NCBI GenBank assembly: GCA_002499185.1
Contig: DAKN01000102.1
Span: 15,060-60,007 of the forward strand
Reading direction: 5' to 3'
DNA: 44,948 bases
Source of the DNA: Candidatus Pacearchaeota archaeon UBA284
Lineage (GTDB): Archaea > Nanobdellota > Nanobdellia > Pacearchaeales > UBA284
Shown: positions 17,803 through 27,937 of the stretch, piece by piece
Layout of the letters: the number at the start of each line of letters is the position of its first letter
How positions within the stretch are numbered: position 1 is the stretch's first letter
Made by a program: the position numbers and the translations under genes
The notes under the pieces: generated by a model
Databases searched by the model: none
What the model saw: only the letters and a program-made list of their open reading frames with translations
What the model was told of the DNA's origin: nothing

Positions 17803-18999
17803 ATGAAAGGAAATAATTTTTTTAAGATAAAATTAAAGAATGAATCAACTATTTTATTTGAAAAAAGAAAATCTCCAGTTTCTACCATAATGGTTGGCTT
17901 TAATGTTGGCTCAAGTCATGAAGTTGCAAGAAAAAAAGGAATCGCCCACTTTGTTGAGCATAATTTATTCAAGGGTTCAACTAGTAGAACACAACAAGAA
18001 ATTAGTTCTGGAATAGAAAAAAAAGGAGGAATATTAAATGGATTTACTGCAGATGAAACGACAGCATATTGGGCGAAGATTCCGGCAGAACACACAAGTT
18101 ATGCCTTAGATATTTTATCAGACATGGCATTTAATCCAAAATTTTCGATAGAAGAAATGAGAAAAGAAAGAAAAGTAATTCTCGAAGAGATAAAAATGTA
18201 TCATGACAATCCTCAAATGTTTGTTTTAGATGAATTAAAAAAAAGACTATATTTGGAACCATTTAATATTGGCGGTTTAGGAACAATAAAAACAGTAAAT
18301 AATTTGAGTCATGAAGATATCAAAAACTGGCATTCTCTTTATAACACTAAGAATCTCATAGTGTCTATTGTTGGAAATGTGAATATTAAGGAAATTTTAA
18401 ATTATTTAAATAAAATTAAAACACCAAATATTGCAAAAACAAATGATCCCATCATAAATAAGACATTTTCACAGAAAATATTTTCTAGAAAAGGAATAGA
18501 TCAAGCACATTTATGTTTGGGATTTCATGTTCCAAGCATGGCATCAAAAGAAAAATATGCTATTGATTTGTTTAACACAATTCTTGGAGAGGGTATGAGT
18601 TCTTTATTATTTCAAGAAATAAGGGAAAAAAGAGGGTTAGTTTATAGTATTAAAAGTTTCATTGATTCTGAAAAAAGTTATGGTTATTTAGCAATATATG
18701 CTGGAACAGACAAGAAAAAAATAAAAGAAGTAAAAGAAATTTCCTTAAAAATGATTAAACAAGTTCAAAAAATAAATCATGCAGACTTTGAACAAGCAAA
18801 AGAACAATGCATTGGCTCTTGGGAAGTTGCAAACGAAAGAAGCGATAATGTTGCAAAAAATCTCCTCTTTAATGAAATTGCAAATAAAGCAGAAGATTAT
18901 TATAATTATATTGAAGAAATAAATAAATTAAAAATGAGGGACATTATTAAATTTTCTAATATCTCTAATTATGGAATGACTGCACTTGTACCAAAATGA
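17803..18999 (+). CDS. M16 (pitrilysin) family zinc peptidase
   Basis: 398 aa. Inverted zincin motif HFVEH, with a downstream glutamate region EEIKMYHD. Confidence 0.85.
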   Translation: MKGNNFFKIKLKNESTILFEKRKSPVSTIMVGFNVGSSHEVARKKGIAHFVEHNLFKGSTSRTQQEISSGIEKKGGILNGFTADETTAYWAKIPAEHTSYALDILSDMAFNPKFSIEEMRKERKVILEEIKMYHDNPQMFVLDELKKRLYLEPFNIGGLGTIKTVNNLSHEDIKNWHSLYNTKNLIVSIVGNVNIKEILNYLNKIKTPNIAKTNDPIINKTFSQKIFSRKGIDQAHLCLGFHVPSMASKEKYAIDLFNTILGEGMSSLLFQEIREKRGLVYSIKSFIDSEKSYGYLAIYAGTDKKKIKEVKEISLKMIKQVQKINHADFEQAKEQCIGSWEVANERSDNVAKNLLFNEIANKAEDYYNYIEEINKLKMRDIIKFSNISNYGMTALVPK

Positions 19000-19829
19000 A
19001 AAAATTAAATAAAATAAATAGGCCCGTACTAGTAAAAGTACCTTTTATTAATGGACTTGGAAAAACAAAAGGTTGTGAAATATCTCCAGATAAGATAGTA
19101 AACACAATTCCAGAAATTTGGTGCAACGAATCATTAAAACCAATAAAAAAAACAGAAGAAATTTTTAACATTAAAAAAATAAATGTTTTCAATGAAAATG
19201 CGAGCAAAAGTATCGAAGCAATATTCAACGAATCCAAGAAAATTTTTTCCGAAAAATCAAAACAAAAAATAATTTTTCTTGGGGGCGACCACAGCATTAG
19301 TTTTCCAATAACTAACGCATTTAACTCTTGTTTTAAAAATTCTGCATTTATTATTTTAGATGCACATGCTGATTGTATGAAACCAATGCAAGAACCAACC
19401 CACGAAGAATGGCTTAGGGCATTAATTGAAAAAACAAAAGTCAATCCAAGGAATATTTTCATAATTGGATTAAGAAATATTTATAAGGATGAGCTCTGTT
19501 TTTTAAAACAAAAAAAAATAAAATATTTTACAACAAAAGATTTTTTTGAAAATAGAAATAAAATAGAAAAAGAATTAAAAAAATTTATGAAAAAATTTAA
19601 AAATATTTATCTAAGCTTGGATATTGATTTAATAGATCCGGTATTTACACCAGGCATAAGTTATGAAGAACCCTGCGGTTTAACATCAAGAGAGGGGTTA
19701 AGTTTATTTCAAAAGATAATTTCTAATAAAAATATTAAGGCTATAGATATAAATGAAGTAAATTCATTTAATGATTCAAAAAATAAAACCACAAAACTTG
19801 CAACTAAATTTTTATGTGAATTAATATAA
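18996..19829 (+). CDS. arginase/agmatinase-family ureohydrolase (probably agmatinase)
   Basis: Mn-binding motifs GGDHS, DAHAD and SLDIDLIDP are all present. ATGA overlap with the upstream peptidase gene. Confidence 0.78.
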   Translation: MKKLNKINRPVLVKVPFINGLGKTKGCEISPDKIVNTIPEIWCNESLKPIKKTEEIFNIKKINVFNENASKSIEAIFNESKKIFSEKSKQKIIFLGGDHSISFPITNAFNSCFKNSAFIILDAHADCMKPMQEPTHEEWLRALIEKTKVNPRNIFIIGLRNIYKDELCFLKQKKIKYFTTKDFFENRNKIEKELKKFMKKFKNIYLSLDIDLIDPVFTPGISYEEPCGLTSREGLSLFQKIISNKNIKAIDINEVNSFNDSKNKTTKLATKFLCELI

Positions 19830-19833
19830 TAAA

Positions 19834-20394
19834 ATGAGAGCATTTATTTCAATAGATTTGCCTTATGAAGTTAATAAAGAACTTTCAAATATCCAAGACA
19901 AATTTTCATCTTTAAAAAGTTTAGCTGGAATGACTGTCGTAAAAACAGAAAATGTTCATTTAACACTAAAATTTCTTGGAGAAATTTCAAATTCAGAGAT
20001 AAATAAGCTTTCAAATCTTTTAAAAGAAATAGAATTTGAAAAATTTGAATTAGAATTAGCAGATTTAGATTACTTTCCAACAAAAGAATATCCCCGGGTA
20101 ATCTGGCTTTCACTAAAACCAAAAAAATTTGTAGAAAAACTTTATAATTTAATAGATGAAAAATTAAAAAAAGCAAAAATTTTCTCTAAATCTGGAAAAG
20201 AAGATAAATTTATTCCTCATGTAACTGTAGCAAGAGTAAAATATATTAGAGATAAAAATAAATTTGCAGAAAATTTAAATAAAATAATTATTAAAAAAAA
20301 GAAATTCATAGTTTCTTCTTTTCAACTTAAAAAGAGTATATTAACATCAAAAGGCCCTATTTATGAGACATTACAAGAATTTGAATTAAAATAA
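19834..20394 (+). CDS. thpR: RNA 2',3'-cyclic phosphodiesterase (2H family, LigT/ThpR)
   Basis: 186 aa with the two H-x-T/S-x motifs, HLTLKF and HVTVAR. Confidence 0.8.
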   Translation: MRAFISIDLPYEVNKELSNIQDKFSSLKSLAGMTVVKTENVHLTLKFLGEISNSEINKLSNLLKEIEFEKFELELADLDYFPTKEYPRVIWLSLKPKKFVEKLYNLIDEKLKKAKIFSKSGKEDKFIPHVTVARVKYIRDKNKFAENLNKIIIKKKKFIVSSFQLKKSILTSKGPIYETLQEFELK

Positions 20395-20405
20395 AATTAA
20401 TCAAA

Positions 20406-21749
20406 TTATTCTTTTTCTAATATACCTCGCGCTGCAATAATCCCCGTTGCAGCAGCACCGACAATATTTCCCGCAACGCCAGCACCATCTCCTGCAACAT
20501 AAAGGTTTGATAGCTCTGTTTGCAAATTTCTATTTGTCTTAATTTTAGAAGATCTTAATTTTATTTCTGGAGCATAAAGTAAGGTGCTTCCCGAATTTAT
20601 TCCCGGCATTACCTTATCTAACATTACTAACCCTTCTAGAATATTTGTGACAATCCTATGTGGAAAAGCCATTGAAATATCTCCCGGAATAACATCTTTT
20701 AGAGTAGGTTGTATATAACTTTTATTAATTCTTTCCCATGTACTTCTTCTTCCTTTTTGTAAATCAAACAATCTTTGTAATATTGGCTTTCCTCCGCCAA
20801 TAGTATTTGCAAGTTGCGCAATCGATTTTGCATATTGGGTGGTGTTTTCTACAGGCTCTGTTAGTTTTATCTCAGTCACAAAAGCGAAATTACTATTTGC
20901 AGAGTCATGAGTTGAATTGCTGTGACCATTCACACAAACAAACCCCTCATAATCTTCAATAGAAACCTTTCCTTTTGGGCAAGGACAAAACGTCCTCATT
21001 ACATCATCATAGGTGGGTGTATGCATCATAAAAATTGTTTCATACATCTGATCTGAAAATTCCCTCATAACCCCCTCTGGAAATTCCACCCTCACTCCCA
21101 CTTCTACTTTATCAAAACTATACCCTAAATCATATTTTTTAGCAATCTCTTGCATCCATGTCGCATTAAATCTACCAGGAGCCAAAATTATGTTCTTCCC
21201 ATAAATTTTTTCATCGCCACAAATAACCCCCTTGCATTCATTTCCCTCTATAATAATCTCGGTCACAGTCGTTTCCGATTTAATTTCAACGCCTTTTTCA
21301 ATAAGATATTTTTCAAAATTCTTTATAATTAGCGGAAGTTTATCACTGCCGACATGTCTTGTTTTTCTAACAAATAAATGGACACTATTTCTTTTGCACC
21401 TGTCCACGAATTCCTGTACCTTTTTTTTATTTTTTGGATAATAATCTGCGTCAACCCCGAAATCAGTAAAGATTGCATCGACATAATCGAGATATTTCTG
21501 ATATTCTTCAATATTATAAAGGCCTAATATTTTTTCATGACTTAAAACCGGAGTAAAATGCAACTTTCCATCTGAAAATGTTCCGGCTCCACCAATTCCA
21601 CACATAGCCTCTTTTCTTTCTCTTTTTTCAATACTTTTTCCTTTCTCTACTAATAAGATGCGTTTATTAGAATATTTAGATAATTCATAAGCTGCGAATA
21701 AACCTGCGGGACCGCCCCCTACAATAATTAAATCATATAAAATACCCAT
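20406..21749 (-). CDS. FAD-dependent oxidoreductase (COG2509-like)
   Basis: 447 aa. N-terminal DLIIVGGGPAGLFAA dinucleotide fold and C-terminal AGDGAG. Confidence 0.72.
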   Translation of the reverse strand: MGILYDLIIVGGGPAGLFAAYELSKYSNKRILLVEKGKSIEKRERKEAMCGIGGAGTFSDGKLHFTPVLSHEKILGLYNIEEYQKYLDYVDAIFTDFGVDADYYPKNKKKVQEFVDRCKRNSVHLFVRKTRHVGSDKLPLIIKNFEKYLIEKGVEIKSETTVTEIIIEGNECKGVICGDEKIYGKNIILAPGRFNATWMQEIAKKYDLGYSFDKVEVGVRVEFPEGVMREFSDQMYETIFMMHTPTYDDVMRTFCPCPKGKVSIEDYEGFVCVNGHSNSTHDSANSNFAFVTEIKLTEPVENTTQYAKSIAQLANTIGGGKPILQRLFDLQKGRRSTWERINKSYIQPTLKDVIPGDISMAFPHRIVTNILEGLVMLDKVMPGINSGSTLLYAPEIKLRSSKIKTNRNLQTELSNLYVAGDGAGVAGNIVGAAATGIIAARGILEKE

Positions 21750-21800
21750 GTTAACCTTTTATCAGAATAACCTGCCTTTTTTAAGCATTTTTATCTTTAT

Positions 21801-22430
21801 TTACCTATATTCTTTGTTGATAATATCATGAACATGTTTAGCTTTTTTCTCTCCAAGTTTTTTTATTTTTTTAAAATCTTCTTCTTCAAAATTAAAAATA
21901 TTTCTTATTGTTTTATTCTCCTTTAATAATTGCTTTGCTAAACTGGGACCGATACCAGGAAATGATTCTAAAATGAATTGTTGTTGTTCTTTCATACTTC
22001 TTGCTTTTTTTTTCATTTTGAGAGAAAAAATCTTTTTACCATTTTCATATCTTTTATTTAAAATTTCAAGAAAATCTACCGTTTCTTCAAACCCTGTTGT
22101 AAAAATCAAAGGCGTAGAAAAATCAATAGCAACAGATAAAAGCATACCCTTAATGGCATTAGGGTGAATATTTATTTTTCTTTCATTACAATGTGAATCA
22201 TCTTCAATGATTAAAAATCTTTTTTCAAATTGTTTTAAATTATTTAATTGTTCAATCAATCTTTTATTTATAATCGAAGAAATAAAATCGCTTTTTGTTT
22301 TTCTTTCTATAACAACATCTCCAATAATATAGTCCCCTACAAGGATTTGTTTTATTTCTAAAGATATTTTTCTTTTAATAAGTTCAGATATGACGAGTGA
22401 ATTTTTTTCTCTTTTATCAACTATAATCAT
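21801..22430 (-). CDS. XPF/ERCC4-type structure-specific nuclease with C-terminal (HhH)2 (Hef nuclease half)
   Basis: 209 aa. GDY...V-ERK-x3-D nuclease motif (VGDYIIGDVVIERKTKSD). C-terminal FPGIGPSLAKQLL...KLGEKKAK helix-hairpin-helix pair. Confidence 0.85.
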   Translation of the reverse strand: MIIVDKREKNSLVISELIKRKISLEIKQILVGDYIIGDVVIERKTKSDFISSIINKRLIEQLNNLKQFEKRFLIIEDDSHCNERKINIHPNAIKGMLLSVAIDFSTPLIFTTGFEETVDFLEILNKRYENGKKIFSLKMKKKARSMKEQQQFILESFPGIGPSLAKQLLKENKTIRNIFNFEEEDFKKIKKLGEKKAKHVHDIINKEYR

Positions 22431-22516
22431 AAATTATTTAAATAAAAGAATCTTTTAAGCCTTATGTTTAAAAACCCGGGTGGGTTTTTGGCATATCAAA
22501 ATAGGAGATTTTTAAT

Positions 22517-22786
22517 ATGCTGATTAAAATTTTAGGATTATTGGATTTAATTGCGGCTTTTTTTCTTTTATTTTTAGCAATAAAAATTCAAATATTACCT
22601 CTCTTTTTAGTAATCCTTGCAGTATTATTACTAATTAAATCAATAATCTTTTTTTCATGGGCTAGTTTGATAGATATTGGAACATCCATAATTTTAGTTT
22701 TAGCAATATTTTTTACAATCCCAATATTTATTTTAATAATTTTTATGATCTTTATTTTTCAAAAAGCAGTTTTTAGCATGATTTAG
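22517..22786 (+). CDS. hypothetical small membrane protein (3 TM)
   Basis: 89 aa and almost entirely hydrophobic. Sits between the two Hef halves on the opposite strand. Confidence 0.4.
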   Translation: MLIKILGLLDLIAAFFLLFLAIKIQILPLFLVILAVLLLIKSIIFFSWASLIDIGTSIILVLAIFFTIPIFILIIFMIFIFQKAVFSMI

Positions 22787-22964
22787 TCAAGTAACTTTTA
22801 ATAATTAAATTATGCATTCTTCACAAATTTTTCCACCAGAATAATGGGTTTTTGCCGTTAACACTTTTTTCTTTCCAATATATAATACTTGGGAAAATTT
22901 GCTACCATATCTATAAGCTGTTATTCCCTTACATTTCAATTTCCACGCAAGTAAATAATTCTTT

Positions 22965-24530
22965 TCAATTTATAAAATAACCAAGCCCTTTTCCTTTTAT
23001 AGAATCTTTTTTTTCTTTCTGAAAATCAACATTTATTTTGTTAAGAATTTCATGCATCTTTTTTTCTTTATGATGAGAAGCCCAGAAATATTGTTCATCC
23101 CTTGTTTTTTTAGTAATAAAAATAGCAACTTCTCCCGCTTTTAAACGAGCAGTTCTTCCCGTTCTTTGAATTTTTCTTATAGCGCTTGGAATAGGCTCAT
23201 AAAAAACAACCAAATCGACTTCTGGAATATCTAATCCTTCTTCACCAATACTTGTTGACACAAGGAAATTTATTTTTCCTTGTTTAAAACAATCTATTAT
23301 GCCTTTTTGTTCTTTTTGATTTAATCCCGAACCATTTTTTTTAGCTTGACCAATGAAAACTTCTGCTTCTATTTCCCTATCTTTTAAGAAATCTTTTATT
23401 TTTTTTACAGTATCTCTATATTGGGAAAAGATTATACCCCGTATCGTCTTTTTTTCTTTCATTTTTTGTTCAATAAAAGCAATAAGGGCATTAAATTTGG
23501 GGTGTTCTTTATTTTCTTGAGCAAGTTTTTTTAAAATTATAAAAGAATCTTGAAATTCTCTGCTTCCAACAATTTGTTTTACAGCTTTGCTTTTTCCAAT
23601 ATTTGCTTGCTCAATCATATCTTGCAAATATCTAAGACTTTGTTCAACCCCTTGTGTTTCAACTAATTCTATTGCATGTTGAATTTTTATCGCTTGTGCA
23701 CAAACACTAACTCCCCTTAAAATATTAAAATCCATTTCTCCCCCAGCAAGTTTTATTCTTAACTTTTTTTGCAATTCGAGAAGATTTGTTTTTGTTGCAT
23801 GCATAAAAAGCAATTTCCTATTTTTTAATTCTTCGGCTTTTTTATCATAACTCTTTTTTAAAATATTTACAACAGCAACCAATTCTGGAGAAAGATCAAC
23901 ATAAATTAAGTTGTTTGTTAATTGCTGAAGATATTTTTTAACATCTTCATTATCACGGGTTCTGACTTCAATATTTTCTATACCTAAATTATTACAAATT
24001 TCTTTTATGACGGAACTATCGCTTCCAGGAGAAGCGGTTAAACCAAGGAGCCTTTTTTCTTTATAAGAACTCCCCGGGATATTTTTTAAATATTGCTGTG
24101 CAACATAAGTATAAGAATAATTTTTAAGACACCTATGACACTCATCTTCAATTAATAAAGAAACTTCGTTTAAATCGATTAAATTATTTTTTAAATCATT
24201 TTCAATACACTGCGGAGTTGAAAAGATAAAAAGAGCATTTTTCCAAATTTCTTTTCTTTTTTTTGATTGTATTTTTCCAGTAAATAAATGCATTTTATCT
24301 TTGTAATCTGAAGCATCTAAATTTTTTAAAAAATAATCAAAATGTTGTTCTACAAGTGGTCTTGTTGGAGCAAGAAAAACAATTTTAGAACCAGGAAATT
24401 TTTTTAATCTATCTTGTGCAAGCATCAATGCAATTAATGTTTTTCCCAATCCGGTTGGAAGCACAACAAGAGTATTTCCTTTAGATGCTGTTTCAAAAAT
24501 TTTTTGTTGATATTCTCTTGGTTGCAACAT
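22965..24530 (-). CDS. Hef/FANCM-like superfamily-2 helicase (Hef helicase half)
   Basis: 521 aa. Walker [13 protein letters not shown] box, TASPG, an inserted helical domain, [22 protein letters not shown] and QRTGRTAR. Confidence 0.85.
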   Translation of the reverse strand: MLQPREYQQKIFETASKGNTLVVLPTGLGKTLIALMLAQDRLKKFPGSKIVFLAPTRPLVEQHFDYFLKNLDASDYKDKMHLFTGKIQSKKRKEIWKNALFIFSTPQCIENDLKNNLIDLNEVSLLIEDECHRCLKNYSYTYVAQQYLKNIPGSSYKEKRLLGLTASPGSDSSVIKEICNNLGIENIEVRTRDNEDVKKYLQQLTNNLIYVDLSPELVAVVNILKKSYDKKAEELKNRKLLFMHATKTNLLELQKKLRIKLAGGEMDFNILRGVSVCAQAIKIQHAIELVETQGVEQSLRYLQDMIEQANIGKSKAVKQIVGSREFQDSFIILKKLAQENKEHPKFNALIAFIEQKMKEKKTIRGIIFSQYRDTVKKIKDFLKDREIEAEVFIGQAKKNGSGLNQKEQKGIIDCFKQGKINFLVSTSIGEEGLDIPEVDLVVFYEPIPSAIRKIQRTGRTARLKAGEVAIFITKKTRDEQYFWASHHKEKKMHEILNKINVDFQKEKKDSIKGKGLGYFIN

Positions 24531-24552
24531 AAAGAAGCCAAATGTTGCTTAT

Positions 24553-24966
24553 TTATAAAGAATTCTTTATTTTATTAGCCATCTTTTTTAATTCTTCATT
24601 TGATGGTTTTGGTACTAATGGCTTAATGGGTAATTCTCCAAGTCCATCATTAAATTGCCTTGGTAATAAATGAATATGTGTATGTTGTACTCCAATACCT
24701 GCAACAACAAGCTCAATCCACTCTGTTTTAAAAATTTTTTTCAATATTTCTGCAAGATTTTTTGTTTTTTCCATAAGATTACAATAATCTTTAGGTGAAA
24801 TATCCCACAACCATTTTGAATGCTCTTTAGGAATAATAAGAAGATGTCCTAAAACATAAGGGTGGATATCAAGAAAAGAAATTATTTTTTCATCTTCATA
24901 AATTTTGTAACAGGGAATTTCTCCAGCAATTATTTTACAGAATATACAATCTATATTTGTCTTCAT
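24553..24966 (-). CDS. HIT-family nucleotide hydrolase/transferase
   Basis: 137 aa. Histidine triad HTHIHLLP. Confidence 0.85.
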   Translation of the reverse strand: MKTNIDCIFCKIIAGEIPCYKIYEDEKIISFLDIHPYVLGHLLIIPKEHSKWLWDISPKDYCNLMEKTKNLAEILKKIFKTEWIELVVAGIGVQHTHIHLLPRQFNDGLGELPIKPLVPKPSNEELKKMANKIKNSL

Positions 24967-24981
24967 TTTATTTTTTAAGGT

Positions 24982-25470
24982 TTATCTTACAAACATTTCA
25001 TGAACGGTTTTATAATTACAAATCTCCTCTTCTTTAAACCAAAGTTTTATTTCTTGCTCTGCTTCTTTTAAATTTCCAGATGCATGAATTACATTTTTTA
25101 ATGGAACATTTACACTATCTGCATAAGCCATTGTTAAATGGGTAAAATCTCCACGAATTGTTCCTGGAGCAGCTAATTTAGGATCTGTTGTTCCGGCCAT
25201 TTTTCTTACAATATCAACAGCTTCAATACCCTCAAAAGCCATTGCTATAATTGGACCTTCTGACATATAGTTTACCATTCTTTTTTTAACATTTTCACCA
25301 CGTCTTTCCCCTAGATCATCATAGTGTTTTTCAAGCAATTCAGAATTTGCACGAACCATTTTTATTCCAATTAATTTTAAACCGACTTTTTCAAATCTTT
25401 GTAAACAATCTCCCGTAAGGCTTCTTGCAACACCATCCGGTTTGATTAAAACAAGGGTTCTTTGTATCAT
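24982..25470 (-). CDS. ndk: nucleoside diphosphate kinase
   Basis: 162 aa. RTLVLIKPDGV, GTIRGDF, and NVIHASG (active-site His). Confidence 0.92.
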   Translation of the reverse strand: MIQRTLVLIKPDGVARSLTGDCLQRFEKVGLKLIGIKMVRANSELLEKHYDDLGERRGENVKKRMVNYMSEGPIIAMAFEGIEAVDIVRKMAGTTDPKLAAPGTIRGDFTHLTMAYADSVNVPLKNVIHASGNLKEAEQEIKLWFKEEEICNYKTVHEMFVR

Positions 25471-25527
25471 AATAATTATTTTGTTATTTTTAGGATTTTT
25501 AAAGATTTATATAATTCTTTTATAAAA

Positions 25528-25598
25528 TGGACCCACCGGGATTCGAACCCGAACCACACCCCTGCCAGGGGCGCATTCTACCATTGAACTATGGGCCC
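25528..25598 (-). tRNA. tRNA-Ala(GGC)
   Basis: Hand-folded. Acceptor GGGCCCA/TGGGTCC with the G3:U70 alanine identity pair. Anticodon stem CGCCC/GGGTG, loop CT-GGC-AG. T arm TCGGG-TTCGAAT-CCCGG. Discriminator A, no encoded CCA. Confidence 0.85.
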
Positions 25599-25641
25599 CA
25601 AGGTGAATACGATAGATTAGAAAATTGAGAGATATTTAAAT

Positions 25642-26169
25642 TTAGGGTTTTATTTTTGACACAAATGCAGTAATTCCATCCATTCCGGAATTACCAACAA
25701 TAAGATATATGGTTATTCCAAATAAAATAAAGAAAAAAACTTGTTCAAATATGCTTGCAGTTCTTATCGGGCCAGAAAAATGCCCGGTTTTCCATAACCA
25801 TTTTATTCCAGAAATATTTAGAGAATCCGCTAAGAGATGTAAAAGATAACCCGATACTAGAAAAATAGGATATAAAATAGATAAATTAAAAGGATAAATA
25901 ATTAATAAAGATATCAAAAAGAAAACCAATGCACCAAAAATACTATGAAAAAAACCACGATGAGTTGAAAATAAGGAAATGCTTTTTCCGATACCAAAAA
26001 GATAATTTCTATTAACAAAACTTTGTGGATGATCAATATCTGGCAAAATTGAACCAAAAGCTAAAACCAATGCAAGAGTTATTGAAAAATTCAAAGGTAA
26101 AAAAACAACCGCAAGAACATAAAAGAAAAGTGCAAATAAAATGTGTGTTCTAAACATCATTTTAATCAA
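25642..26169 (-). CDS. membrane-bound metal-dependent hydrolase (YdjM/DUF457-like)
   Basis: 175 aa, multi-TM. Contains LPDIDHP and HRGFFHS. ATGA overlap with the glyS stop. Confidence 0.6.
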   Translation of the reverse strand: MIKMMFRTHILFALFFYVLAVVFLPLNFSITLALVLAFGSILPDIDHPQSFVNRNYLFGIGKSISLFSTHRGFFHSIFGALVFFLISLLIIYPFNLSILYPIFLVSGYLLHLLADSLNISGIKWLWKTGHFSGPIRTASIFEQVFFFILFGITIYLIVGNSGMDGITAFVSKIKP

Positions 26170-27695
26170 ATACCCAGTTCTTTAACCAATTCAGAAATTT
26201 TAACCCTGCGCTGTTTCATACTATCTCTGTCTCTGATTGTTACAGTTTTATTTTTTATTGTATCTCCATCAACAGTTATACAATATTTTACTCCAATCTC
26301 ATCAGCCCTCCGATATCTTTTACCAATACTTGCTGAATCATCATAGAAAACAGTTGTTTGATTTTTTAAAATATTATAAATTTCTTCTGCCTTTTCAGGC
26401 ATTCCTTCCTTATTTACTAAAGGAAATACACAAACAAGAATTGGCGTTAGTTTATCCGGAAAGGAAAAGATAGTTCTTTCATTTTGTTTTTCTTCTTTGA
26501 AAAATAAATCTAAAAATGCAAGAATATTTCTATCTATCCCAAGACTTAATTCAATTACGTGTGGAATAAATCTTTTTTCTTCATAAAATACTTCTAAATT
26601 TTCTTTGCTTATTTTTTGATGTCCACTCAAATCGTGATCTGTTCGATAATGAATTCCTCCAAGTTCTTTAAACTCCCCAAATAAATCAAAATAAGCTTCT
26701 ATATCCCAATGAATTTTATTATAAAATGCCCTTTCTTTTTCACCCAGCTCCCTGAATCTAAATTTCTCTTTTGGAAATTGCAAAATATCTAAATAAAATT
26801 TCTGCATCCTATACATTTGAAACAAATAGAGTTTAGGAATATTATATCTTTTATGCAAGTCAAGAATTTTTACATTATTGAATGTTTTTATTTTTTCTTT
26901 TTGAGAGAGAATTTGTAACTCTGATTTTGATATTTCTTTCCAAATTTTTTCATCAATTTTGTCTATTTTATCTGGATCAAAAAATATTTGTAATTCGGCT
27001 TGGCTAAATTCTCTTAATCTAAAAAACATCTGTCTCGGGGAAATTTCATTTCTAAAGGCTTTTCCAATAATACCTATTCCCAAGGGAATTTTTTTCCTAG
27101 TAGCTTCAAATTCTCTTTTGAATGCCAAAAACGCACCCTGTGCCGTTTCAGGAGAAAGATAAGCTAAATCTTTTGAACCAGTTGCTCCTATTTGTATGGG
27201 GAACATCATGTTAAACCATTTTGGGGGCTCCAATTCAGGGGATTTGCAGTTAGGGCATTTCAATTTATTCTTTATAATAAGTGAACTCATATCTTCAATA
27301 GATTTTTCACTAGCATTAATTTTTAAACTATCTTCAAGAAATTGATCTGCCTTGAATCTGAAATGACATTTTTTACATTCTACAAAAGGATCATTGAAAT
27401 TTTCCAAATGACCAGAGGCTAAAAACACCTGTTCAGGAAGAATATTAGAATATTCTATTTCATAACAATTCTCGCTATTTTTAATAAAAAATTTTCTCCA
27501 GGAATTTTCAAAATTACTTTTTAGCGTTTTTCCCAAATGACCATAAGAAAACAACCCTGCTTTTCCACCATAAATTTCAGCACTGGGCCAAAAAAAACCA
27601 CGTTTTAAAGCAATAGCATTAATTAACTCAAAGTTATTTTCAGTATTTGGTGATTGATTGGTTTTTTGTTCTGCCATGCTAAACTTAGAAAACAT
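26166..27695 (-). CDS. glyS: glycine--tRNA ligase (archaeal/eukaryotic alpha2 type)
   Basis: 509 aa. KRGFFWPSAEIYGG, class II core motifs, and a C-terminal anticodon-binding domain (VFPL...ADEIGVKYCITVD). An alternative start lies at Met7 (27677). Confidence 0.92.
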   Translation of the reverse strand: MFSKFSMAEQKTNQSPNTENNFELINAIALKRGFFWPSAEIYGGKAGLFSYGHLGKTLKSNFENSWRKFFIKNSENCYEIEYSNILPEQVFLASGHLENFNDPFVECKKCHFRFKADQFLEDSLKINASEKSIEDMSSLIIKNKLKCPNCKSPELEPPKWFNMMFPIQIGATGSKDLAYLSPETAQGAFLAFKREFEATRKKIPLGIGIIGKAFRNEISPRQMFFRLREFSQAELQIFFDPDKIDKIDEKIWKEISKSELQILSQKEKIKTFNNVKILDLHKRYNIPKLYLFQMYRMQKFYLDILQFPKEKFRFRELGEKERAFYNKIHWDIEAYFDLFGEFKELGGIHYRTDHDLSGHQKISKENLEVFYEEKRFIPHVIELSLGIDRNILAFLDLFFKEEKQNERTIFSFPDKLTPILVCVFPLVNKEGMPEKAEEIYNILKNQTTVFYDDSASIGKRYRRADEIGVKYCITVDGDTIKNKTVTIRDRDSMKQRRVKISELVKELGI

Positions 27696-27737
27696 AGATT
27701 TAAATTTCTTTTGAAAGTACCCCTAGCAAAGCCAGAA

Positions 27738-27893
27738 TTAAATTTTAATATTTGTATCTTTTATTTCTGTTATATGGGCATCTAATCTGCCAGCAACAAG
27801 ACAATCAAAACAAGTATGGATCTCACCATTTTTTTCCATTACCTTTCCAGTATCCTTGCACTTAGGGCATTTATATTGTTTTTCTTCTACCAT
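27738..27893 (-). CDS. small zinc-ribbon protein (51 aa), not in the supplied ORF track
   Basis: Hand translation gives MVEEKQYKCPKCKDTGKVMEKNGEIHTCFDCLVAGRLDAHITEIKDTNIKI, with a CPKC..CFDC pair (a DnaJ-type CxxCxG flavour). It fills the otherwise empty gap between glyS and the next gene. Confidence 0.5.
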   Translation of the reverse strand: MVEEKQYKCPKCKDTGKVMEKNGEIHTCFDCLVAGRLDAHITEIKDTNIKI

Positions 27894-27937
27894 ACTTATC
27901 TTATTTTAATACTTTATTTAAATTTTATGCTATTCTG

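Noticed and set aside
22805-22969. 54-codon open frame ([54 protein letters not shown]) just downstream of the Hef helicase stop.
   Set aside because: It has no ATG (only an internal TTG), no recognisable family and no upstream signal. It may be a remnant of an ancestral linker. It is not called as a gene but is mentioned under the split-Hef finding.
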